A stretch of DNA of 64,000 bases from an uncultured Candidatus Saccharibacteria bacterium (GCA_964513645.1 CAZENF010000001.1:200022-264021), one strand, 5' to 3'; positions 1 to 8,572 are shown, counted from the stretch's first letter. Numbers and translations are program-made. Notes: generated by a model from the sequence alone, not told the origin.

Positions 1-860
1 TAATCAGCCTGCCACCAAGAATCTTCTCGTACTCCTAAGAAAGTATTCTTAACCTGTTGGACCCCGTAATAGATGATATTTGGCCATGAATCCTGGACCC
101 GCTGCGCTCTGACATAGAAATGAATATCCGCTCTAGTATCCTGTATCATAATTTTTCCGGTATGCTGCCAGATAAAGAATATCCAGCAAAATATCGGAAC
201 AAGAAAGGCGGCAATAAATTTTAATCCATTTTTACCGGTAAAAACCGAAAATTTTTCTTTCCAGATATAACCCATGAGAGCAAGAAGAAACGGCAGATAT
301 AATACATGGAGACGGATAAGCGTCAGCCAGCCAAACGCCAATCCGAAGAGAACAAGGGTCAGAGACCGGCTTCCTTTCTGTCTGATACATTCAACGATAA
401 GATAAAAATTCAGGCCAAGAAAAAAAGTAAATAAAACTTCAGGCAACAATCGGGCCGAGAGATGTCCAAAATAAGGATCCGCCGCAAAAAAAATAGAGCT
501 TAATATCCCGACGTTGGGTTTGCCATATCTGATGAAGGTCAGATATAACAATAGTGCCGTTAACCAAAGAAAAAACGCTTGAAAAATTTGTACCGCCATT
601 ATATTTTCGGTGCCGAATATTTTATATATAAGAACAATGAACAAAATATATCCTGGCTCCCTCCAAGCACTGAAATTTTTTCCGTCCATAGAATAAATAT
701 TATTCTGGGTAATATTTCTGGCATACATATTGAACTCCGTCTCATCGCCTTCAAGATTCTTGACCCGATGGTCAAGGTACCCGAAATAATAAAAGTTGGC
801 CGCAACGACCAAAAAAAGTAAGAGGGCAAAAAATATCGGTCTGTTCTTTAAGAGTTCCAT
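1..860 (-). CDS. GT-C fold membrane glycosyltransferase, ArnT/PMT-like (GT39/GT83); N-terminal part only. The gene starts at 860 and its 3' end runs off the window start.
   Basis: Reverse-complement translation from ATG 858-860 gives MELLKNRPIFFALLLFLVVAANFYYFGYLDHRVKNLEGDETEFNMYARN...WREPGYILF... with no stop down to position 1. It has multiple hydrophobic spans, and the first loop carries the acidic DE motif typical of ArnT/PMT-family transferases. It is absent from the ORF track only because it has no stop in the window. Confidence 0.6.
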   Translation of the reverse strand, partial: MELLKNRPIFFALLLFLVVAANFYYFGYLDHRVKNLEGDETEFNMYARNITQNNIYSMDGKNFSAWREPGYILFIVLIYKIFGTENIMAVQIFQAFFLWLTALLLYLTFIRYGKPNVGILSSIFFAADPYFGHLSARLLPEVLFTFFLGLNFYLIVECIRQKGSRSLTLVLFGLAFGWLTLIRLHVLYLPFLLALMGYIWKEKFSVFTGKNGLKFIAAFLVPIFCWIFFIWQHTGKIMIQDTRADIHFYVRAQRVQDSWPNIIYYGVQQVKNTFLGVREDSWWQAD

Positions 861-964
861 CGAATTTTCATAATTTTAACAACGTTAATTAAGGGTGTCA
901 AACCAAAATGGTTTTGACGCTCGGATGAATTTTTGATAATAAAATAAGAAAATATCCCATTTTT

Positions 965-1537
965 ATGTCTATCAAAAGTTCGATGCTCGAATCCATACAG
1001 ACCAAGATTCAGATCGCCTCAGACGATAAATTTTTGGCCGAAATTCAGAGAGTCGCCAACTATATGACTGCCTGCTTACGGAGCAACCGGAAGATACTCA
1101 TCGCCGGCAATGGCGGCTCGGCCGCGGACGCCCAGCATTTTGCCGCAGAACTTGCCGGACAATTCAAACATACACGCAAAGGCCTGCCGGTCATCGCCCT
1201 GACCACAAACGCATCCATCACCACCGCCATTGGCAATGATTTCGGTTATGAACATGTTTTTTCAAGGCAGGTTGAAGGTTTGGGCCGACAAGGAGATATG
1301 TTCGTCGGAATTTCGACCAGCGGGAACTCACAGAACCTCCTTCACGCACTCGAGGCGGCAAAAAAAGAAGGAATGATAACTGTCGGCCTGTTGGGAAAAA
1401 ACGGCGGTAAAATGAAGGATTTTTGCGACCTGAAACTTATCGTCCCTTCGGACAACACCCAACACATCCAAGAATCTCACATCGTGATAATTCACGAACT
1501 CTGTTCGATAATTGATAACGCTTTTAAACGCTCATAG
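965..1537 (+). CDS. gmhA: D-sedoheptulose-7-phosphate isomerase (phosphoheptose isomerase, SIS domain)
   Basis: 190 aa; ILIAGNGGSAADAQHFAAEL... and GISTSGNS SIS-domain motifs characteristic of GmhA. Confidence 0.9.
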   Translation: MSIKSSMLESIQTKIQIASDDKFLAEIQRVANYMTACLRSNRKILIAGNGGSAADAQHFAAELAGQFKHTRKGLPVIALTTNASITTAIGNDFGYEHVFSRQVEGLGRQGDMFVGISTSGNSQNLLHALEAAKKEGMITVGLLGKNGGKMKDFCDLKLIVPSDNTQHIQESHIVIIHELCSIIDNAFKRS

Positions 1538-1634
1538 TTCTAAGCTTGCTTGCTTGAGGCAAGAAGCCTGTGAAATTATGGCTTTGTCTAACTCAAACAA
1601 GAAAGCTTTGAATTTGTAAATCCCCAAAAGTCAA

Positions 1635-1660
1635 TTGACACCTTTTGACACTTTTTGATA
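1635..1660 (+). promoter_or_regulatory. Copy 1 of a conserved 26-bp motif TTGACACCTTTTGACACTTTTTGATA; promoter and/or operator upstream of the HTH-ABC operon.
   Basis: Near-identical copies at 32389-32414 and 36226-36251, all on the + strand in intergenic DNA 45-70 bp upstream of a + strand gene. Contains a -35-like TTGACA plus a TTGACAC/TTGRYAC direct repeat. Confidence 0.45.
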
Positions 1661-1705
1661 TCTTTAATTTACAATAGAAAAGTTATTGAAGGATAAGTCT
1701 ATATA

Positions 1706-1951
1706 ATGCCCGAAATAAATCCGAACGAAGTCTATACAACCAAAGAAACTGAAAACATCCTGAAGATCTCAAACAGCACAATGAAGCGGTTGCTTAAGGG
1801 CGGGCTGATAAGAGCCAACAAGGTCGGCGGCCAATACCGTATCGTAGGCAAAGAAATACTCCGCATCGTCTCCCCCACTATCGAGAGAAAAGCCGTCAGA
1901 ACTTATCAAAAACTTAAGAAAAAAGTAAAAACAAAAATTAAGAACTGGTAA
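1706..1951 (+). CDS. Small excisionase/Xis-family (MerR-superfamily) helix-turn-helix DNA-binding protein
   Basis: 81 aa; YTTKETENILKISNSTMKRLLKGGLIRANKVGGQYRI matches the excisionase-family HTH pattern (..ETAE.L.VS..T..R....G.L.A.K.GG.YRI). GAAGGA Shine-Dalgarno 12 nt upstream. Stop TAA 1949-1951 lies 2 nt before the TTG start of the ABC gene. Confidence 0.6.
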   Translation: MPEINPNEVYTTKETENILKISNSTMKRLLKGGLIRANKVGGQYRIVGKEILRIVSPTIERKAVRTYQKLKKKVKTKIKNW

Positions 1952-1953
1952 CC

Positions 1954-3741
1954 TTGTTTAAATTCTTTCCTAAAATTTACAGAGCAATAGCCGTTTTCCG
2001 GGAAGCCTTCGGCGAATACAAATACAAGCTTCTGCTTATGACCAGCCTGGGTTTTATCGGCGGCCTTTTGGGCGGCGTCGGAATTGGCGCGATAATCCCC
2101 CTTTTCTCATTCATCTCTTCGAACGGTGAGGCCAATGACGCCATCTCGCTCGCAATCAAAAAAGGATTTTCTGTCGTTCATCTTCATTACAGCCTGACTT
2201 TGTTACTGGTATTGATGGGTATAATTTTTCTCGCCAAGGCGATATTTCTTTACATCGCCAGTTATATAAATTCAAAAGAGTCGGTTGAGTACGGAACTAA
2301 AATGAGGAAGATTCTGTTCGCGGAAACCATGAGAACGGACTGGTCATACCTCTTAAGCCAAAAGATAGGATACCTAACCTCTGTGCTGAATGACGATGTC
2401 CAGGGAGCATCAAGCATTATAATCGATATCAGCGGGTTCATTCTGACCTTAACCAGTTTGATAATGTACGGCGCGGTTGCCTTGAATATTTCAGCCCAAA
2501 TAACATTCCTGACCTTCGGCATCGGCCTGGTCTCGTTCTTTGCTTTGAAACCGCTTTACTATAAGGTCCGCCGGTCAGCCGATAAAAATTCTGAAACAGG
2601 TAAAATGGTCGCCCACCATGTAAATCAACAAATGATGGGTGCCAAGACGGTAAAATCCCTCCTCGCCGAAGAAAGCGCGATAGAAAAAAGCAATTACTAT
2701 TTCGATCGATGGCATGACCACCATCTGATTCAATATAAATACGGGATCATATTCTCGAATTTCTTAGAACCGCTGACTTTTTTTGTCATTATTCCTTTGT
2801 TCCTGATCTATTATCACCGGCCGGATTTTAACATCGCTTCTTTTGCCGCGATAATTTATCTGACCCAGAAAATGTTCAGCTTCATGCAGACCCTCCAGTC
2901 CCGTCTTAACAGCATCAACCAGAAGATACCAAGTCTGGTCAATGTCCTGAAATATAAGAACCAGGCCCGGAAACATTACGAATCTACCGGCGGTGATAAA
3001 CCTTTTGTTTTCAATTACGAAATAAATTTCGAGAATGTTTCATTCAAATATAATGAGCAGGTCCGGATTCTTGAAGGGCTTAATTTTAATATAAAAAAGG
3101 GTCAGACGATCGGATTGATAGGTCCTTCGGGCGCCGGCAAAACAACCGTTGTTGATATTTTTTTGAGATTCTTAAATCCGATCGGAGGAACTATAAAAGT
3201 CGATGGCACCGAACTTTCGGAAATAAATCTTCATGCCTGGAGAAAGCACATCGGTTATGTTTCTCAAGATATGTTCCTGGTCAATGACACGATAGAAAAT
3301 AATATCAAATTTTACGACGAATCATTCTCCCACGAAGAGGTTATTGAGGCCGCCAAAAAAGCTTATATATATGATTTTATAATCGAGCAGCCGGATAAAT
3401 TTGATTCTCTCGTCGGAGAACGCGGTCTTCAGCTTTCAGCCGGACAAAGACAAAGAATAGTTTTCGCCAGAATCCTTCTCCGGAAGCCGAAGATACTTGT
3501 TCTGGACGAAGCAACCAGCGCCCTCGACAATAAGTCCGAGGCGGCGATACAAAAGGCCGTCAATGAACTCGCCGGCAAAATAACGATATTCATGATCGCC
3601 CACCGCCTCTCAACCGTGACCAACACTGACAAGATACTTGTCTTGGACGACGGCAGAATAATCGAACAGGGCAAACCGGAAGAACTCCTAAAAGACAAAA
3701 ATTCCTACTTCTATAAAATCTCCAATATTAACCAGATATAA
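1954..3741 (+). CDS. ABC exporter, fused permease/ATPase half-transporter (MsbA/PglK-like lipid or lipid-linked-glycan flippase type)
   Basis: 595 aa; N-terminal 6-TM domain. Walker A GPSGAGKTT, ABC signature LSAGQRQRIVFARILL, Walker B ILVLDEATSALD. TTG start. Confidence 0.9.
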   Translation: MFKFFPKIYRAIAVFREAFGEYKYKLLLMTSLGFIGGLLGGVGIGAIIPLFSFISSNGEANDAISLAIKKGFSVVHLHYSLTLLLVLMGIIFLAKAIFLYIASYINSKESVEYGTKMRKILFAETMRTDWSYLLSQKIGYLTSVLNDDVQGASSIIIDISGFILTLTSLIMYGAVALNISAQITFLTFGIGLVSFFALKPLYYKVRRSADKNSETGKMVAHHVNQQMMGAKTVKSLLAEESAIEKSNYYFDRWHDHHLIQYKYGIIFSNFLEPLTFFVIIPLFLIYYHRPDFNIASFAAIIYLTQKMFSFMQTLQSRLNSINQKIPSLVNVLKYKNQARKHYESTGGDKPFVFNYEINFENVSFKYNEQVRILEGLNFNIKKGQTIGLIGPSGAGKTTVVDIFLRFLNPIGGTIKVDGTELSEINLHAWRKHIGYVSQDMFLVNDTIENNIKFYDESFSHEEVIEAAKKAYIYDFIIEQPDKFDSLVGERGLQLSAGQRQRIVFARILLRKPKILVLDEATSALDNKSEAAIQKAVNELAGKITIFMIAHRLSTVTNTDKILVLDDGRIIEQGKPEELLKDKNSYFYKISNINQI

Positions 3742-5708
3742 TGGGTTTTGATATAAATTTTTTGCTTGTCCTGATTTCCGCCCTCGGAATAGGGTTTATT
3801 TTCTCATTCGCCACTAAAGATGCGATATATTACGGGCAAAATACAGACAATGAACTGATGGTCTATGCCGCCGCCCAATCGGATAAATGGAAATGGTTCT
3901 CGGACCTTCACAAATACGCGCGCGGCAAAACCGGAATGAAAGACCTGACCGTAATTTTGATATCATTTTTTCAGAAAATCTTGAGGAATAAAGAAGCCGA
4001 GCATTCATACCTGACCTTGGGCGGATTTTCAAACAGTTTTTCGGCGATATTTATTTACTTAATAGCCAGCGCTTACTGGGGTCCCGGAGTCGGAATGTTC
4101 GTGTCGATCCTGTTCTTGACCTCGGTTTGGAACTGGCAAACGGCTTTATACGGCGGGCATGGCAATGTCGCAATGATGATATTTCTGGCCTCGGTATTTT
4201 TCCTTCAGCAATCGGATTCAGGAATGTTAATGAGTTCCTGGTGGTGGGTTTTCTGCTCGGGAGTGATATTTTGTTTTGCCCAGTTTGCTTCGGCTTCCTC
4301 GATAAAATATTCTCCGCTATATCTTGCCGCCGCCGCATTTCTTGGCAGCCCGGAACTGTTTCATAACGGGTACCGAATTGTAATTGATAAGATCGCTTCG
4401 GGCTCTTTTTTGACATTCAACCTGTCGCTTGTCTTCGGCTTCTTGTTCGTCCGGACAATAATACAATTAACCTACAAAAAAATCGTTTCAGATATGTATT
4501 ATAACCGGTCCGTCTCGTATCTTAATGGCATGATACATTCGAGAGACAAATTTCCGGTTGAACACTATCAGGAACATGCAAAAAGTAAGATCGGGCTCTA
4601 CACCAAGCTTACCTCATGTATACTCGTTTTGATATTTCTTTTGGTAAATTTTGCAGGCCTCGAAAATTCGCTTGCAATAATTACCGGATTTTTTACAGGA
4701 TTTCTCATTCTGACCCTGCCGGATATAAAAAAGAGTTTTAAATACTATTATAACTTCCTGCTCGAAACCCAAATCCGAAAAAAATCGCATTTCAAGGGTT
4801 ATGTGGAATTTTTCGCCAAAAGAGGGATAATTGTATCCCGCTATACTCAAGGCGCCGGTATAAAATGGGTTCCGAAGATGCTTTTCCGGATGATACCTGT
4901 TCATACGTTAATTTTTGGTTCAGCGATGATCGGCTCTCTAATTCTGGTCCTCATATCCTCGAGTCCGGCTCTTCAACTGGCAAATACTCTCGTAATACTT
5001 TTCATATCCCTTTCTCCCATAATCTGGGCCGAATTATCAAGGGCTCCCCAGCTTTCAAGAACCTATTCTCCAGGCCTTGTCGGTATATTAATATTCATAG
5101 GATATTTTTCCGCCAAAACCGAAATTTATCCTTTTTCCTACGCCTTGGGTTATCTGTTAATATCCGCCGCCATTATCTGGAATCTTTGGATATTTCTCTC
5201 GGATGTTTTTCCGGCGCGAATGGGTCCGGCCGAATTGGTAAAAACTTTGGACAGTTTGGGTATAAAAGAATTTTATACCTACAACACAACCTACAATGAC
5301 GCCTTTATCGGGGGTATTCCCGGGATGGCCACGTCCTCATATCTTCCTGAAAAGAATATCCTGCCGCCATATCGGGTCCATTACATAAATTCTGTCCGAG
5401 AAGTTAAGAATGGCTGGATAGTCATACCGGGAACCTCAAGCAAGGCGCTGACAATGAACACCTCCGAAGAAGCATTAAGAGAAGATCACTACGACAAAGA
5501 CCCGGTCCTGAATGAACTCATCGCGACCAGAGAAATAGAAAAAATTGCCGCCGCCAAATTTAAAACTATGGCCAACAGCCGGATATGGCCGATAGAAAGC
5601 GAGGTCACCGGGTTCCGGGACCTGATACTCCACGATATAAAAGACGAGGACCGCTACCGCGGTTATGCCTGGTTATTGCACAGCGGTAAATTAAGATTTA
5701 AAATTTAA
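3741..5708 (+). CDS. Large polytopic membrane protein of unknown function with a C-terminal soluble domain. Candidate glycan polymerase or GT-C-like enzyme.
   Basis: 655 aa; more than 10 hydrophobic segments and a roughly 150-aa hydrophilic C-terminus. Start overlaps the ABC stop (TAATG). No diagnostic motif recognised. Confidence 0.4.
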   Translation: MGFDINFLLVLISALGIGFIFSFATKDAIYYGQNTDNELMVYAAAQSDKWKWFSDLHKYARGKTGMKDLTVILISFFQKILRNKEAEHSYLTLGGFSNSFSAIFIYLIASAYWGPGVGMFVSILFLTSVWNWQTALYGGHGNVAMMIFLASVFFLQQSDSGMLMSSWWWVFCSGVIFCFAQFASASSIKYSPLYLAAAAFLGSPELFHNGYRIVIDKIASGSFLTFNLSLVFGFLFVRTIIQLTYKKIVSDMYYNRSVSYLNGMIHSRDKFPVEHYQEHAKSKIGLYTKLTSCILVLIFLLVNFAGLENSLAIITGFFTGFLILTLPDIKKSFKYYYNFLLETQIRKKSHFKGYVEFFAKRGIIVSRYTQGAGIKWVPKMLFRMIPVHTLIFGSAMIGSLILVLISSSPALQLANTLVILFISLSPIIWAELSRAPQLSRTYSPGLVGILIFIGYFSAKTEIYPFSYALGYLLISAAIIWNLWIFLSDVFPARMGPAELVKTLDSLGIKEFYTYNTTYNDAFIGGIPGMATSSYLPEKNILPPYRVHYINSVREVKNGWIVIPGTSSKALTMNTSEEALREDHYDKDPVLNELIATREIEKIAAAKFKTMANSRIWPIESEVTGFRDLILHDIKDEDRYRGYAWLLHSGKLRFKI

Positions 5709-5714
5709 TTCGAG

Positions 5715-6698
5715 ATGATAATTACCCGTACACCATTTAGAATATCTTTTTTCGGCGGAGGAACCGACTATCCCGGCTGGTACAAAGAGAACGGCGGAAC
5801 GGTTTTGTCGACCACAATAGATAAATACTGCTATATCAGCTGCCGGCCGCTGCCGCCGTTCTTTAAATACAAACACCGGATAGTTTATTCAAAAACGGAA
5901 AACGCCAAAGATACCAATAAGATAATCCATCCTTCGGTCCGGGAGTGCATTCGTTTTATAGACCTGGACCATGGCCTCGAAATACATCACGACGGAGACT
6001 TGCCGGCAAGATCCGGCCTCGGTTCAAGCTCTTCATTTACCGTCGGCATGATACACGCTCTTTACGGCCTCAAAGGAATGATAAAAAGCAAAAGAGACCT
6101 GGCTCTTGATGCGATCCACGTTGAGCAGGATCTGATAGGAGAAAACGTCGGCTCACAAGACCAGATAGCCGCGGCCTACGGAGGATTCAACAAGATAGAC
6201 CTAAGCGGCGCCCATGTGATATCGGTCCAGCCGGTTATAATGAGTCCGGAACGGTTAAACCATCTTCAGGACCATATGATGCTTTTCTTTACAGGATTAT
6301 CACGCAATGCTTCAGAAGTTGCCAAAACCCAGATAAAGAACATTCCTAAAACCAGAAACGAATTGACGGCCATGACCGCGATCGCAAATGAAGGTTTTTC
6401 TATCATTAAAAACCAGAAACCGGTTGAAGAATTCGGAAAACTACTTAAAGAGTCCTGGCAATACAAACGCAAATTATCCAAAAAAATAAGCAATGAAAAA
6501 ATAGACACCATTTATGCGACCGCGATGAAGGCGGGCGCTTTGGGTGGAAAATTATTGGGCGCCGGCGGAGGCGGGTTCATATTATTTTTTGCCCCGCCTG
6601 AAATACAACCCAAAATAAAAGAAAAGCTGAAGAAACTTCTTTGCGTCCCCTTCCGTTTTGAGAATCAGGGTAGTCAGATAATTTACTACAACCGCTAA
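5715..6698 (+). CDS. hddA: GHMP-family sugar kinase, D-glycero-alpha-D-manno-heptose-7-phosphate kinase (HddA/WcbL)-like
   Basis: 327 aa; N-terminal RISFFGGGTDYPGWY and PARSGLGSSSSF GHMP ATP-binding motif, C-terminal GAGGGGF. Confidence 0.75.
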   Translation: MIITRTPFRISFFGGGTDYPGWYKENGGTVLSTTIDKYCYISCRPLPPFFKYKHRIVYSKTENAKDTNKIIHPSVRECIRFIDLDHGLEIHHDGDLPARSGLGSSSSFTVGMIHALYGLKGMIKSKRDLALDAIHVEQDLIGENVGSQDQIAAAYGGFNKIDLSGAHVISVQPVIMSPERLNHLQDHMMLFFTGLSRNASEVAKTQIKNIPKTRNELTAMTAIANEGFSIIKNQKPVEEFGKLLKESWQYKRKLSKKISNEKIDTIYATAMKAGALGGKLLGAGGGGFILFFAPPEIQPKIKEKLKKLLCVPFRFENQGSQIIYYNR

Positions 6699-6775
6699 AA
6701 AGCGGCTGTTTTGACAAATGATAAATAAGATTATATGGTACTTAGAGCTTAATTTGAAAATCAGGTTTACAGCCG

Positions 6776-7378
6776 ATGCACCCGAGATACCAGCTTGGCC
6801 AGACCACTGAAGAACTGGAAGGCAAGATAGAAGTTTATGATACAACCCTGCCGGGAGTAAAAAAGATCAGAAGAAAAATTACCCATGACCACCGCGGACA
6901 TTACGGCGAGCTCTACAGTAAAAAGATCTACTTTGCCAACGGAGTCACGGTTGATTTTACCGAAGGCGAGCAGGACTGTTCCTGTTCCCGGAAAAATACA
7001 CTCCGCGGATTACACGGTGATTCAAGGACCTGGAAATTAATAACCTGCCTTTTTGGCAGATTTCATCTGGTAGTTCTGAACTACAACCCTGCTTCTGCCC
7101 TCTTCGGACGTTGGGAAGGATTCGATATGTCGGCCGAGGAAGGCTGGCAAATCCTCATCCCACCACGTCACTGCAACGGTCACCTTATCCTTTCGGATAT
7201 CGCACTTTTTCATTATAATCAGTCCGAATATTATTCGGGGCCCGAACTCCAGAACGTAATAAAATGGGACGATCCGAGATTTAACATTGACTGGCCGATC
7301 GAGAACAAATCAAAACTTCTACTTTCCCCCCGCGACAGCCAAGGCGCTTCCTATTCAGACCTTTCCGCCAAAAAATAA
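6776..7378 (+). CDS. RmlC-like cupin: nucleotide-sugar 3,5-epimerase (dTDP-4-dehydrorhamnose 3,5-epimerase family)
   Basis: 200 aa; RGLHGD...KLITCLFGRFHLVVLN...FGRWEGFDMSAEEGWQILIPPRHCNGHLILSD...HYNQSEYYSGPE follows the RmlC pattern (RGLH, KLV.V, FG.W, IP.G.AHGF, Y). Confidence 0.65.
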   Translation: MHPRYQLGQTTEELEGKIEVYDTTLPGVKKIRRKITHDHRGHYGELYSKKIYFANGVTVDFTEGEQDCSCSRKNTLRGLHGDSRTWKLITCLFGRFHLVVLNYNPASALFGRWEGFDMSAEEGWQILIPPRHCNGHLILSDIALFHYNQSEYYSGPELQNVIKWDDPRFNIDWPIENKSKLLLSPRDSQGASYSDLSAKK

Positions 7379-7401
7379 AATCCCCGAACGGGGATTTTTT
7401 A
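7377..7401. terminator. Bidirectional rho-independent terminator between convergent genes
   Basis: AAAATCCCCGAACGGGGATTTTTT: 7-bp GC-rich stem with a 2-nt loop, flanked by A-tract and T-tract. Confidence 0.65.
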
Positions 7402-7408
7402 TTAAGCC

Positions 7409-7906
7409 CTAACCGCTCGTTTTTATCTTATGGATTATTTTGGTGGTTGAAATAGAATCGAAACCCGGCGGACAAACCCGCTTTGAAATAATGAATTTTA
7501 CATCATATTTTTCGGCAATTTTTTTACGATAAGGGATATCGAAGGCATCTTCATTGATAACATAAACATCCGGCTTCAATCTTTTAAAATTAGGTTCGAG
7601 ATGGGACAAAAGATTTTCATAGTTCGGCAGTTGACTCAAAAAAGTATAATCAACAACCTTAAGCGAATCTATCATTTTAAGTCTGGTGTCATTATTGAGA
7701 ATCGGGCGGGTTTTTCCTTTATATTTCCGGATATCTTTCTCCGCTCCGACACCCACAACTAAAACATCCCCCCGGCTTTTAGAATCTTCCAAGAACAGTA
7801 CATGTCCGGCATGGGTCAGGTCAAATGTCCCGTCGCAATATACTATCTTTTTGTCGGAATTCTGTTTTCTAAGCTGCGAAAATTTTGTTGGTGTTATAAT
7901 AGCCAT
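7409..7906 (-). CDS. Stand-alone cytidylyltransferase-like nucleotidyltransferase (RfaE domain II / TagD-like)
   Basis: 165 aa; KKIVYCDGTFDLTHAGHVLFLE carries the (H/T)xGH nucleotidyltransferase motif. Paralog of 22147..22626. Confidence 0.75.
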   Translation of the reverse strand: MAIITPTKFSQLRKQNSDKKIVYCDGTFDLTHAGHVLFLEDSKSRGDVLVVGVGAEKDIRKYKGKTRPILNNDTRLKMIDSLKVVDYTFLSQLPNYENLLSHLEPNFKRLKPDVYVINEDAFDIPYRKKIAEKYDVKFIISKRVCPPGFDSISTTKIIHKIKTSG

Positions 7907-7996
7907 TTTTCATATCATAACATTTTTTTTATTCTTGACAATAAGCGATAAATAAGCGATGATTTGCCATCAATGTTCTTTAAAATAAGGAGTAAA

Positions 7997-8572
7997 GTGG
8001 CTATCCAGATCCCCAAGAAGATCGGTAAGGAAAAGGTTGTCGGCCAGGTTTACGGCAAATCTCTTATCAGCCAGAACTATATCATGCCCCAGACCGGTCG
8101 AATAGAAGAATATGGAAAATTCAGAGGCAAACACCTTTCAGCTTTTATTCTTCCTGTCACCGAAGACAATATGATTGTTGCTATCAGACAATACCGGATG
8201 GGACCGGATGAAATAGTCCTTGAACTACCCGGCGGAAATATCAAACCGGACGAACCACCTGATATGGGAGCACGAAGAGAACTTCAGGAAGAAACCGGCT
8301 ATTTGGCCGGCACCATGGTATCTTTGTCGGGATGCAAGAAGGTATGCCTCGACCCGGCAAGTTCAGATATATATTTTTATCCTTTTCTGGCCTTGAACTG
8401 CAAGTACACCGACAGAAGGAATCTTGATGTGAACGAAGACATCGAGATAGTCCTAAAGTCATGGCTGGAATGGTTGGATGCCGTTTACAAGATCAGCTCT
8501 AACAGTTCCTACTCCATGCTGACAACCCTGCTCGCACTGCCCCACGTCCAGAAATTGGAAGCGTTCCGATGA
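7997..8572 (+). CDS. NUDIX hydrolase
   Basis: Nudix box GARRELQEETGY. The ORF is open from 7964, but AAGGAG (7987-7992) followed by an in-frame GTG at 7997 is the more likely start. Confidence 0.75.
   Translation: MAIQIPKKIGKEKVVGQVYGKSLISQNYIMPQTGRIEEYGKFRGKHLSAFILPVTEDNMIVAIRQYRMGPDEIVLELPGGNIKPDEPPDMGARRELQEETGYLAGTMVSLSGCKKVCLDPASSDIYFYPFLALNCKYTDRRNLDVNEDIEIVLKSWLEWLDAVYKISSNSSYSMLTTLLALPHVQKLEAFR

Noticed and set aside
579-829. Short ORFs 579..821 (+) and 599..829 (-) from the six-frame track
   Set aside because: They lie inside, and in other frames of, the long minus-strand ArnT-like gene (1..860), which is open from ATG 860 to the window edge. They are shadow ORFs.
1538-1580. Possible terminator hairpin after gmhA (GCTTGCTTGCTTGAGGCAAGAAGC)
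   Set aside because: The arms are not properly complementary (CTTGCTTG versus CAAGAAGC) and there is no T-tract. Not reported as a terminator.
1706-1951. Excisionase-like HTH as evidence of a prophage or integrative element
   Set aside because: No integrase, transposase, att-like direct repeats, phage structural genes or tRNA target exist anywhere in the window. Regulatory use is more parsimonious.
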